A DNA stretch of 63,944 bases, counting the filler, from Intoshia linei (taxonomy: Eukaryota > Animalia > Orthonectida): NCBI GenBank assembly GCA_001642005.1. It is 5 parts of 5 records of this genome, joined end to end, with 100 filler letters (N's around TTAATTAATTAA, not from the genome) between each part and the next. Parts side by side here need not be neighbours in the genome. Positions count along the whole stretch, not along the records: positions 1 to 20,225 come from LWCA01000692.1; positions 20,326 to 37,120 come from LWCA01000841.1; 3 more parts are not named here. The stretch is one strand, 5' to 3'. Made by a program: the position numbers and the translations under genes. A model generated the notes under the pieces. It ran no database searches. It saw only the letters and a list, made by a program, of their open reading frames with translations, and was not told where the DNA came from. This document shows, piece by piece, positions 14,380 through 26,660 of this stretch (position 1 is its first letter; the number at the start of each line of letters is the position of its first letter).

Positions 14380-15085
14380 ATCTTTTATAATTAAAAGTTT
14401 TATTTATGGTTTGTTTAAAATTGAGACCTGTTTCATCGCAATTAAAATATTTTTCTTGTTACAAATAGTAACTTACAATTTTTGCATATTTTTTCAAAAT
14501 TTAAACTAGTCAAGCAAATTAGAATCATTAACATTTGCATCAACTTTTAGTGATTACTAATCAGATTAGTATTTTGAGTGTGTCTTTTTTTAAAATTATG
14601 GAACCATTCAGTAGACGCCGTATAATTTTCTTTACCAATTTCCCCATTTTTCGGTGTAACTTGTCTAACATCTTTATTACTGATTATAAAGTTTAGACTC
14701 CGCTTGTGTGAAAACATTTATGTAATATAATTCCATATTTAAATGGATTTTGCTTAATTTTCTTGTTTTTACCGAGTATACATTGTTCATTGATTTCTTA
14801 ACTTATTTAACATATTTAAGAATTTTAAACTATACCAACTGCAATTTTATATTTATCTGCAAGTTTTCTTTGGTTCTTTTAGTATTTTTTATGATTCAAC
14901 GTGATAATATTCTAATATTTTATTTTTTTCTTCATGGTGATTATTTGTTTTTGTTCAACTTAAAAATTTTTTCTAACAGAGATATTTTTAATTTTAATTA
15001 TGTATTTTTGTTTAAATTAAAAAAATAATGTTCAATATAAAAATGTTCATCTTTGAAGACGTTCATCTCTGGAGAATTGACTTTA
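14380..15085 (-). mobile_element. Degraded pogo/Tigger-like transposase remnant (missed by the ORF track)
   Basis: Minus-strand translation gives ASTEWFHNFKKRH (CENP-B-type HTH end, ~14580-14620) and IFNCDETGLNFK (first catalytic Asp motif, ~14415-14450). Confidence 0.75.
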
Positions 15086-16246
15086 AATATTACATTATAT
15101 GACGTTAAATAGTAATATTTCCTATAATTGCGGAAATATCATTTTTCTCTTTAAAGTATTTTCGTAAATAATTTAAATATAAAATTTTTCATGAAATCTA
15201 AAAACTTTTGTCAGCCCTGGGGTCCACATGGACCTGTTGAGAATAGTTGATCTATTTAACTTTGTTAGATATCTTTTTTTAAGGTTTTTTGTACTTTTTA
15301 ATGTATTTTTTATCTTTTAAGTATATTCCTTTATTAGGTCAAAAATACATTCATAATACGATAAATGAAGAAACTATACTTGGAAAATGGGAATTTTCTT
15401 TATTTATGAATATGCATTTATTTTTAAATTATGAACTTTTCACAACAAACCAAAAGTAATCAGTATACAATATGGATTTAAAAAAGAAAGTATGAAATCT
15501 TTGATTTTCTCTTATTAATTTTCAAAAAAGGGGCCCTAAAATTTTTTTATCGCTTATCTCAAAACTTTAAAGGGCCTCCGGTCCTTTGCTTAACCGAGGG
15601 CCACGAAGTTACTTAAGACGGAACTGCCTTAAAGGGGGATTTTTAGATTATTTTTAATTTAAATTTATTTTAATTGAGATTAGTAGCTTAATTGAATTAG
15701 TATTTAACCTTGTTATATACCCTTTTCAAATAAATCTATTTATTATTATCTTTCAAGTATATTTCTTTATTTGGTTCATTATACATTCCATGATACGATA
15801 AATAAAGGAACAATACACGGCAATGGGAATTTCCTTTATATAAGAATATGCGTTTAATTTTAAATTTTGAACTTTTCACAACAAACAAAAGTAATCAGTA
15901 TACAATACTTAGTTTTCAGCAATAGCTCTATTTTAATAATTAATCTTAAAATAATATAAATTAATTTCACAACTAAAAAAACAATAACAAATGCTGTCTA
16001 TTTTTAACGGTCAGATACTTGAATGTAATTGGATAAGTTATTTCCAACATTTGATAATGAATTTCAACATAATTTTTTATATTATACTAATCTTTGAAGT
16101 ATAAACAATCCAATTAAACTGCAATCTCATTGTCTAAATTTGGACAATAAATATAAATTTCTTTGGTATACATTGGATGTTTTTCAAACACGACTATGGC
16201 ACGTATCACGTGCTAGTAGTGTATCATTGACATAATTAATGAACGC

Positions 16247-16666
16247 TTGATAAATCATTCTTTCAAATATTTCCAACGCGCAACATTAAATTTAAAAAAA
16301 ATACTAATTATTAAAATGTACAAAAATTATCTCATAAATATACAAAACCATATACTCACATCATTGTATGGCCACTACATGACTGCAAAGGTCCAACTGA
16401 TAAATAAATCAGAAACGAACGAAAAAGAAATTATTAATTTGAGCAATTATCAAAATTTTATTAAAAAAAACTTGGTCAAAATTAAAAATTGTACATTGTA
16501 TTTCTCTCGATTGGAAATTGATGAAAACAAGGAAATATACTTGAATGAATGGCTGGATAGTATGGTAGAGGAAAACCTACGAAAATTAGTAGAAACTCAA
16601 AAATTGAAAAAAGATGAAGACAAACAAGTAACTATCCATTCAATCGAAAAAATTCTTAAAATGTAA
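16247..16666 (+). other. Unknown ORF, locally duplicated
   Basis: 139-codon open frame. Its 3' half and downstream flank recur in degraded form at ~17630-17920. No family recognised. Confidence 0.3.
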
Positions 16667-17989
16667 ATGTTGATCTGCCAAGGTAATTAATTTTAAACAT
16701 TCGCAATTATTTCCAAATTTAGAAAATTCAATTCACAATAAATGTCAGTAAAATTACTCACTATTATAAAACAATAAGAAAACTACTCGTACAAAAAATT
16801 CAGCATTAATTTACTTTGTATTTGTCTCAATGTTTTAATGAATAAATTTTACTTTTCTTCTAGAATTCCATGTAGATTCTACATAGTTTTAAAGTATTCA
16901 TTTGTCGTTTTTTCATATATTATGTAAAATATTTTAAAATATAATTGTTACAAAAATTATTGAAACAATAATTTGTCGTCGAAAATATAAATAGAGAAAA
17001 TATCTGTAAAGTTTGCATCAGGGAAGGGCAACTTTCTGTGATAGCGGGCCGGATTGTCATATATAATAGATGGGTGAGCCGGACAAATAAATTTTAAGAA
17101 TTTTTGGTTAAAATATATTTATTTTAAATTTTTATTAATGTCAATTAATATAATATAAAGTTAATATAAAATATTTAACATTGAAATAAAATAAAATTTA
17201 CAGTTTTTATAACAAATGTCATTACATCGTTAAGTTTTATCAGATTTCCACATAATGATAATATAGTAAAATATATAATAATATAATATATAAAATAAAA
17301 TGTCTAATGTTTTAATATGTAAAAATAACAAGGATATGTGATTATGGTTTGCAATTGATTATAAACTAACATTTTTTAATGTTGATCATGTACAAAGTTG
17401 TTCACTTATATATGCATTTCTGTTGATTTATAAGTGTAATTTTAGAATTTTTAGATTATTTTTTTAACAAAAATAAAAGGAAGAAGTTTTTAAGATTTTT
17501 TTAAACCAAACATTTTAAGGGGAATTTTCAGATTATATTTTTTACCAAACATTAAAGGTATGGGTTATTGAAGTTTTTTTAATCTAACCCTTGAAGGTGA
17601 ATTTTCAGATTATTTTTTTAACAGTCAATAAGAAAAGATACTTGAATCAATAGCTGGAATGCACGGTAGAAAAACACCTGCGAAAATGCCAAGAAACTGA
17701 AAAATTGAAAAAAGATAAAAACAAACAAATAACTAACCATTCGAGAAAATCACACATCGAAAAAATACCCAAAATGTGAACATTCAATTTGGCAAGATAA
17801 TTCAATCAAAGAAATTTATCATTTACTCACTATTATGATAATTATAAAACAATCAGACAACTTATACATAAATCAAACATCAACACATTTGTCTTAATTT
17901 TTTATAAATAAATTCTTAGAGTATATACATTGTACTAAGCTTCTGTGTCATTCATTTATTTCTTCAAATTATGTGTGTTTTTTTTCGTG

Positions 17990-18280
17990 GTAATGGTTAG
18001 TCATGGGTATATAAAAGTGATCGTCTGGTGGAACAAAATCTGGTGAATATGATAAGTTCTGTAAAATTTCAAAATTTAAGTCCCTCAATCACACACGAGT
18101 CTTTTTAGAAGTATGAGGTTTGGCATGTTGAAATATTTTTTTAACCTTATTGAACATTCTAAGCATCTTATTGGGTTTATATTGGTTTAATTTTTCTAAT
18201 TGTTGACAATATTTATTCGAATGAATAGTTTCAGTTTTTAAGGTATATTTTAGACTGTGAACTATAAATCTCCCAAGCAT
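17990..18280 (-). mobile_element. Mariner transposase remnant
   Basis: HAKPHTSKKTR (NA.PHT motif) followed by YSPDFVPPDDHF, a degenerate YSPDLAPSDYHLF. Confidence 0.75.
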
Positions 18281-18962
18281 TTAAAACATACCTGTGAAAA
18301 AAGTTCCTAAAAATATATTGACCTAAACCCTAAATAAACCAAAGAAATTAAGATATAATCGCAATATATTACATTAATGTTGTTTACAATTCTCCTACCT
18401 AGATAATTGTAAAATGATTTTTGAGTAAAGCCTAGCTAATTTTCACAGGAAACGAGGAATCCCCTCAAACCTTTGAGAATATTTAATAATTAAATTATGT
18501 ATGTATGTATTTTCAATTGTTATAACTTACATCACACCCTTTTAGGTATTATTTGTATATCCTCTGTCGCTAATAATTATTTACAAAAAAATTGAATCAT
18601 ATAAATCACACAATTACAAAGAATGATAAAAAATAACTGTGTACATTTTACGACGTCTGACGTCGACGTCATCTACCTAGAAAGCGTCTCAAAGATGAAC
18701 AATTTGTGTGTTTTAAAACAAGTTACTTTTCTGCATGTTCGTTAAATTAATATTTTTTAAATTTTCTGCGAAATCTCAATCTCTAATAAAAAACGAGCTA
18801 TAAGTTCTACTAATTACACTTAAAATAGAACAATGTCGTAATGATAGTGTCCAAGATGAGAAACGAATAAATCAATCATACACTAAAGTAATATGAAAAG
18901 TACAAATAATTTATTCTAAAACTCGATTATATCAAAAGTAGAAATTATATTTATTTACTTGA

Positions 18963-20225
18963 TCATTCATTGGATTCAGTTTTACTTTGGCGTTTATTTT
19001 CTACTTCTGGGTTAGTGTTTGAAATTTCTTTGGTATTTTTTTCATTTTGTGTATCTTTAGAATCACTTTTGGATAGTTTATCTTTATTGCTAGATTCCTT
19101 TTTGCCTTTAACCTTTTTTGATTTTTTCTTGTCTTTTTTTATTTTAGCTTTTTCTTCGTCGCCAGAAGTGCTGGTTTTAGTTTTTTCGTCTTTATCATTT
19201 TCTTTTTCATTATCTTCATCTTTTGATTTTTCCTTTTTAATTTTTTTTGTCTTTGATTTTTTATCCTTTTCTTTATCTTCCTTTTTTTTCGTCTTCTTTT
19301 TTTCTTTTTTTTTTTCATCTTCAGCCTTGGTTTCATTATCTTCTTGTGTTTTTTCATCATCTTTTACCTTTTCAGTGTCTTCATTTTTGTCATCTTTTTT
19401 ATTTTCATTTTGATTCACAATTTCTGGTTTAGTTTCTTTATCCTTTTCTGCATCTTGATCCTTATCCTTCTTTTTATCTTTCTTCTTTTCTTTCTTATCC
19501 TTTTTGGGTTTAACGGCTTTTTTATCTTTTTTGGTTTTTTCTTTTTCAACTTTATCATCACACTCTTTATCGATTTTCACTTCTTCAGGTTTTTTTTGAT
19601 TTTCCTTTTCATCTTTACAATCTTCATTTTTATTTTCTTTGTCTTCTTTTACATCTTTTTCATCGTCTTTAACCTCCATTTCTTTTGTTGAATCTTTTTT
19701 AACTTTTTCTTTTTTTACTTTTTTACTTTGCTTTCTTTTCGATTCTTTTTGTTTCTCCTTTTCTTTTTCGCTATTACTACTTTCATCGGAATTCGAATCT
19801 GATTTATTCTTTTCTTTTTCTTTATTAGATTTTTCAGATTTTAATGGTGCTTTTTCAGTTTTTGTATCTTCTTCCTTTGTCTTCTTCTTGTCAGTCTTTT
19901 TAACTTTTGTACTTTTTTTTTTCTTTTTCACTTTATCAATTTCCGATTTTGATTTTTCAGTTACTCTTTCAACTGATAGAGTATCATCAGATTTAAAATC
20001 TTTTGAATTAAGTTTATTTAGCTTTTTCGATGGTTCTGGTGATTTTGCGTCTTTGTCGTTTTTTTCGAATACTTGATCTGTTTTATTTTCATCATTTTGT
20101 GTTGTTTCAGCTTCACTGTATTCATCTTTTTTCAAATCTTCTTGTTTTTTGCTTTCCTTTTCCTTTTCCTGTTCCTTTTCCTTTTCCTTTTCCTTTTCCT
20201 TTTCCTTTTCCTTTTCCTTTTCCTT
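18963..20225 (-). CDS. Lys/Glu/Asp-rich low-complexity protein, 3' part (5' end lost in gap)
   Basis: More than 390 open codons in very AT-rich DNA. The frame continues upstream through a (GAAAAG)n = poly-EK tract into the gap. Stop is TGA 18963-18965. Confidence 0.75.
   Translation of the reverse strand, partial: KEKEKEKEKEKEKEKEKEQEKEKESKKQEDLKKDEYSEAETTQNDENKTDQVFEKNDKDAKSPEPSKKLNKLNSKDFKSDDTLSVERVTEKSKSEIDKVKKKKKSTKVKKTDKKKTKEEDTKTEKAPLKSEKSNKEKEKNKSDSNSDESSNSEKEKEKQKESKRKQSKKVKKEKVKKDSTKEMEVKDDEKDVKEDKENKNEDCKDEKENQKKPEEVKIDKECDDKVEKEKTKKDKKAVKPKKDKKEKKKDKKKDKDQDAEKDKETKPEIVNQNENKKDDKNEDTEKVKDDEKTQEDNETKAEDEKKKEKKKTKKKEDKEKDKKSKTKKIKKEKSKDEDNEKENDKDEKTKTSTSGDEEKAKIKKDKKKSKKVKGKKESSNKDKLSKSDSKDTQNEKNTKEISNTNPEVENKRQSKTESNE
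20154..20225. repeat. (TTTTCC)n hexamer microsatellite, coding EK repeat
   Basis: About 12 tandem units running into the N gap. Confidence 0.9.
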
Positions 20226-20325
20226 NNNNNNNNNNNNNNNNNNNNNNNNNNNNNNNNNNNNNNNNNNNNTTAATTAATTAANNNNNNNNNNNNNNNNNNN
20301 NNNNNNNNNNNNNNNNNNNNNNNNN
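20226..20325. other. Assembly gap with artificial linker
   Basis: N44-TTAATTAATTAA-N44, identical at four places in the window. Confidence 0.97.
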
Positions 20326-23300
20326 TTCGCATTTAATAATTTTACTACATATATTGCAAAATAATTTGCTTTCTATCAAAGTAAATTCGGATGGATATTC
20401 TCAGTACAGAAAAATTGCACTTTTTCACTATCGGATAATCGTCTTTTTGGCATTAAATTTTAATTTTTAAATGGAGTAGTAATAAAATTAAGTAAAATAA
20501 ACTTAAATCACAAAAAGTGACTTAGTTATTGCACTCACAATTTTTATTATGTAAAAAATAAATTGGTTAGTGCAAATTTTGCATAAATGCATAAGTGCTT
20601 AAATGCGTGCATTTCTAGAATTTAAAATGAAAAAAATAGCACTATCAACGCAACTTATTGACTTAAAAACTACTTTCTAGCATTTATAATTTCGTGCAAA
20701 ATTACAGGCTCACAATTGTATAAAGTCAATAAAATTAGCATTATCATCGAATTTTTAGTGCTATAAAATGTCGACTCTAATAATCATATATAAAATATGC
20801 ATTTTTAATTTTTGATATTGTTTCCAATTTATCTCGATCTTAGTAACTACCAATCCTTACAGAATAAATGTCTGCGCCAAATAGTTTCGATTTTATTGCT
20901 TCGTTAACAACTGAACCGCTCGTGTCAGTTGCCTTAACATTTGTCAAAAGAACAATTGCTCTAGCGTTAGATTTTATTTTACTAAAAATTTCATAATTTG
21001 TTATTTTGAAAGCTGCATAAGTATTTGTCTTTTCTTTTAAATCGAATATTCTGATATGTTCAATCATGTCCATCGGATTATTATATTCATTAAAGTTAAA
21101 TATTAATTATAAACAGTAATTATATTTAAATATCAATATTAAAATTAAGTTAACATGTAAATCGAATGTAATACATGTATTAATATAAAAAGTTAATATT
21201 TATTAAATGTTATAATATTGGTTTACCTGCTTCATTTCCATACAAAACCAATGCTAATCTATATCTATAATCATAATTTAACCCAAAAATTAAATTTTGA
21301 GTAATTGCTTGTACCACTTGATAATATTTATAATGACCAGTGCTAAAATCTATAATTAAGACAAGGTCTACTGGTTCTCTTGTGCAAGTGGCATCGCAAA
21401 ATTTGTTGGCATATAAGGAGTTACATTCGCATGCATAATATCCAAATTTACTAACGCATCGACCATTTGAATTGCAATCATTTGAACCATTTTCAAAATC
21501 ACATGAAACCTTTAAATATCCGTTACATGTTTATCATGCATAATATTTGTATGGTATTGATGCAACATTTTTCATAAAATCTTTATACACATTAAACCCG
21601 TTTGCTACTGCTATAATTTGAATATTTTATATTCTTATTCTGTTTGCCACCTAAAGTGTATCCTCTTTTCTAATATTGGCATTGCCGTCTGTAGCCAATA
21701 TTAAAATTTTATTATTATAATTTAAATCCTGATTAAGCATATATTCAGCTTGTTCTAATGCTATCGCAATGTCAGATCGACCTCCAATATATTTAGATTT
21801 ATATATTGAATATATTATTGACAATTTGTCATGAGATTGTAGTTCCAATTCTTGCTTTGGAATATCAGAAAATGAAACTAGACCTACTCTTGTACTAGGC
21901 GGTAATTGTCTCGTGTATTGTGTCAACATATCCTTTATTTCTATAAAGTTTTGGTATTCAATTGATCCAGATGCATCCAAAACAATCACGATATCCAAAT
22001 TTTCATTGATACATCCTACATTTATATATTATGTATTTAAATTTAAAATATATTGGCTGTACCATCACAAAATTTTCCAGAAAAATTGTTTGCGCAAATA
22101 CATTCATATCTATTAAATAGATTTTTACATTCTGAATTATTTTTGCATTTATTTTGATAACAATGGTCTTTAATCTAATAAAATTTTTTTAAAATATAAA
22201 AAAATCAATTACTAAAATAATCTATAATTCAATCCCGCGAAAGGAAATAGAATATTTATTTTGATAGAGCAAAATTTAAATAACATTATTAATTTTTTTT
22301 CATAAATACTAAAGTAGATTTTTTGATTTTTAAAAATGGTTAACCCAATTAAAAGTAGATTTTAGAATTATTAATTTTTCTAGCAAAATTGCAAAAAAAT
22401 AACCGAAAAAAACTAAAAAGTATATTGAAAAAAGAATAAGTGTTTTTCAAAATGGTTAACCCAATTTTAAAAGATTTATTAAAATTAAAATGTTATCAAT
22501 TGAAATTATGGATTTTTTCAAAATGGAAACTAATTTTATATGCATTATGAGGATTATAATCTTACCAGATGAAAAAGTAGATTTTAATAAACAAAATTGA
22601 TAAAAACTAACCTTAAACCTTAATAATATTTGAGAAAAAGGATCAACTATGAAATATAGAAAACTCTTTTATCAACAGGTTTTTAATTTTAATATATTTC
22701 CAAATTAAGAGTGGATTTTTAAATTAATAAAATGATTAAAAAATGATTTTTGGGCTAGTGTCTTACCATTAAAAATTAAGTTTTTGAAACTAATAAATAT
22801 AAAAAAAATTAGAAAATAAAGCAATTTTTTGCAAAGTGAACAAAAAATATAAAATTGTTTGCTTCTATGTGCGCTCAATGCAAAAAAGGTTGAGGAACAC
22901 TTATGTAAATTTCACAATATCAATTATTATGTACAAGTTATAAATTAATACACAATCACAAATTTTTTTGCTGGGCCCATTTGATAAAATTGTATTTTTA
23001 AATTTGCAATAATTTATAAAATTTGTAATAATTTTTACCATTTGAGATGACATTGGCCAAATTATTCAAATTATTTAAACTTTGCATAAATATTAAATCA
23101 TCGTATTTATCAATTTTGACATAATTTTCATTAAATAGGTAAAATATAACATTTGGCATCAATTCCATTTTAGAGATATCAAAACCAAAACCAACAATTT
23201 TTACGTTTAATAATTTTAGCGGCAAAGTTAATACCAAAACTTCGATTTCATCGTCCACCTAATTGTCATTGAAAATGACGATTACTCGATAATAATTATG

Positions 23301-24994
23301 TTTGACTGAAAATATTTTAGTTTCTGCTTGTTTAAATAAATCAGCCAAATTTGTTCTTCCTCCAAGTCAAACTATTGATTGTAGAATTGATAATAAGTTG
23401 TAACGATCGTTTGTAAATTCGACATGATGTTGAGCATAATTGAAATAACTTTGTAGGCCTATTTTCGTCATTTCGGGAAGATTGATGATGAGATTACTAA
23501 TAAATATTTTCAATTTTTCGAAATTTTCTTCCGATATACTGCCTGACGTATCAATTGAAATTAAAATGTCTTGTATTGGGTTTTTATATTCTATAATTAT
23601 AATCAAATGTATTCTTATTTATAAAAAATTAAGTAAAGATAAATAAAATGTTTTAATACCTTTTTCGCAGAACTCGCCACCATAATTTGATTTACATTTA
23701 CACATTTTGCCTCCTATAAGATCGATGCAGTCACCGTTTCGTCCACAAGGATTAATTAGACATTCATTTAAATCTAATATAAGAATTTTATTTTATTGTT
23801 TACATTATTTTATTTAATCATGTATACAATGCTGTATTAAGATGTAAATGGGCCCAAAAATTTATAAATTTTAAAAATTATAAAATTAAAGAAATTTCAA
23901 AATTAAATCAAAATTTAAAATGATAGGATAAAATAAACCAAAAATATGATCAAAAGAAACATATATAATTAAATTATTTACAAAATTTCGTACTTTAAAT
24001 TTAATTTTTTGTACTACAAGGACATCAAACCCAAGCATAAAAATGCTAGTTTTGTAATTTAATGTTGTTAGTTAAAAATTTTATATTTTTACCATATTTT
24101 GACTCTTATTCTTACCCAAATATGATAAATCTATGTAATATTTCAAGAATAAATGTAATAGTAAATTACCATTGCACAATAAATGGCGTAATTATTTTTT
24201 TGTAGCTATTTACTCCAGAGATATCTCAATTGACGTCATCCCAAAATGTAAAGTAGTTTGATTCGTATAAATAAGATACTAATGAATTTAATTGTCTTTC
24301 GTTATACTCACGTGTAACTCTTACTGAAATTAAGTATATATTTTCTTGCTTTGCTATTATGCTTTGATCGACAGTTTTTATTAAATTGTATAAATTACCA
24401 TCCGTAATAATTAAAAAGATGTGCTTATTTTGTACCAGATGGGAAATTGGTATATGTAATTCATTTATGGCTATTTCCAACGCATCAAATGTACTTTTAT
24501 GCCCTCTATATTTTATTTCTTTTATATGATTTACAATTTCGTTTGTAGATGAATATTGACTGTGCTTGAATTATATATAGGGTGCATCGGAAAATACCAG
24601 CATTGCAATATTTTTAAGATTATTTGCATCCATTTCATATAATAGTTGAATCAATTTTTGTTTTGAACTTTCAAAGCTATTTTTCCCAATACTTTGTGAA
24701 GCGTCCAATAATATAGTTATATAGTCATTTCCGCATCTAAAATTATTTTTGTGGTCAAACTTCAAAATACTCTTATTTTAAAAATAAAAAAGTTCTTAAA
24801 ATTTTAATATAATCACACATGATAATTATTTCCAGTCAACCTAACAAAAAAATTTAGTCTCACATTGACGCCTTCGCGGTTAAAAAATCACTTTAGTATT
24901 GATTTTTTTATCGTATGAGAAATGACAATTTTCAAAAAAATAAATGGAACTAGATACAAATAAAGTAAAAAATATATATAAAAAAGAGAATATT

Positions 24995-25378
24995 CTTAAA
25001 CCCAACCATTATTATTATAACTTTTTAAAAATTCCCGTTTTATCAACTCTTTAGGGAAAATTTCACTTTTAACTACCTTTAAGAGAAAAATCCAGTTTTG
25101 CTAACCCTTAAGAAATTATATTCAATTGTTTCAATTCATTCTAGTTTCATAACACATCAAGTTTCAAAGTTCAAAATTCATCAACTTTTACAAACCCTAA
25201 AACTGGAATTTTTCCTAAAGTTTTGATAAAAGTGGATTCTTCCTTTTAGGGTTGGTAAAACTGATTTTTTAATTTTAGGGTTGATATGAGTGAATTTTTT
25301 CCTTAGGGATTTGTAAAAATGGGTTTTTACCTTAAAAGTTGGTAAAAGGAGATTTTAGTAAAAATGGTTGTATTTAAG
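24995..25378. mobile_element. Foldback-like element with inverted arrays of ~30-bp subunits
   Basis: CTTAAACCCAACCATT...AATGGTTGTATTTAAG termini. Left-half subunits TTTTRYYAACCCTTAAG face right-half TTAGGGTTGGTAAAA. Confidence 0.6.
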
Positions 25379-25425
25379 TACACACCCTATAAAAAAAATT
25401 TAAATAATTTATGTAAATGTGATTT

Positions 25426-25665
25426 TAAAATGGCTTGTATTTATAGCGTCAGTATTTTAATCGTAAAGTGTCAGTATTTTAAATAGTTTGTCAGTAAAAA
25501 TATTAAATTGTCAGTACTTTAAATATAAATATTTAATTTAGTAAAACTGACAAATATGTAATTGAATACTTACAAAATACATTTTATTACTGAAATTTTA
25601 ATATTTATACTGAAAATTTTTTATTAAAATACTGACAGTTTTGGTAATTAAATACTGACAAATAA
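25426..25665. repeat. Foldback-like repeat with tandem TGTCAGTA / TACTGACA units
   Basis: Terminus AAAATGGCTTGTATTTATAGCGTCAGTATT is the near reverse complement of ~52841-52870, where a second copy (52655-52870) lies. Confidence 0.65.
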
Positions 25666-26525
25666 AATACTTTCATTTTAAAATTTTATAATTTCAATCA
25701 AACCAGAATTTTTTTTATCCATGCGAGGAATCAAATTATAACAATTCATGGTATCCATAATGAACCCAATTTGATTATTTATATCGTTAATATTTTTAAC
25801 ATAAAAATAATTCTTATTTTCAACTTTATTTGGTAGACTAATATACTGTAACATTTCAATCATTTTGCTTTCTTCCATATCATTAGTTATACCAACTGGT
25901 AAGACTTCAATTTGTTGTTCATTTTTTGCGACTAAAATTAAATTTCTTTCTTAATCTAGTTTATCTTGAACTGCGTCAGTTATTAAAATTGGAAAGTTTC
26001 GTCCCTTGCCGTGATAACCATGCATGTTAGTATAAAGTACATTTTTTAAAGTTTTCAATGCCCTATATATTAAAGTCTCATTTTTCGAACAAGGTAAATT
26101 ATCTAATATTGTAATTGTACGATTGGCGTTATATGTGGAAAAATTTAAGTAAATTTTAGTCGTTTCAGCAAATGTAAATATTGCAATATTTTTTTTAATG
26201 TTATAATAGTCCACCTTATTGATTATATTTTTTATAAATTCCTTTATTTTTTTACTAGTTTCTTTACTTTTACATATATTGTGTGATATGTCAATTAAAA
26301 ATGCCAAATTCAATGGTGTACTCAAGCAATCATGATCTAAATATAGATGAATTAATGTAATTTTATTACAATATCAATGAAAATAGTTTCTATTTGAAAC
26401 CATTACATGTTCAATTGTGATACTAATAATATTTTTTAACTAATTATAATTAATTATCAATACAAAATAAAAGTAAATGCATTAGCTATCACATTGTTTA
26501 TCTAATTAAAACATGGACAATAACA

Positions 26526-26660
26526 TCAGAGATCGTCAAAGGAGAACACGTAGACTTGGGTTACAACCCTTGCGGGAAGACGAACAAAATGTGTGGAAAA
26601 TATTTTTAAGAAACTATCCATGCTCAATGAGCATTGCTCATAGACCTTTGGCGACACCTG
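26526..26660. mobile_element. Short GC-richer inverted-repeat element, probably a hAT-type MITE, in a VWA-gene intron
   Basis: CAGAGATCGTCAAAGG ... CCTTTGGCGACACCTG. No clear TSD. Confidence 0.45.

Noticed and set aside
18970-20281. Several Phe/Ser/Leu-rich + strand ORFs
   Set aside because: Antisense shadows of the K/E/D-rich minus-strand ORF.
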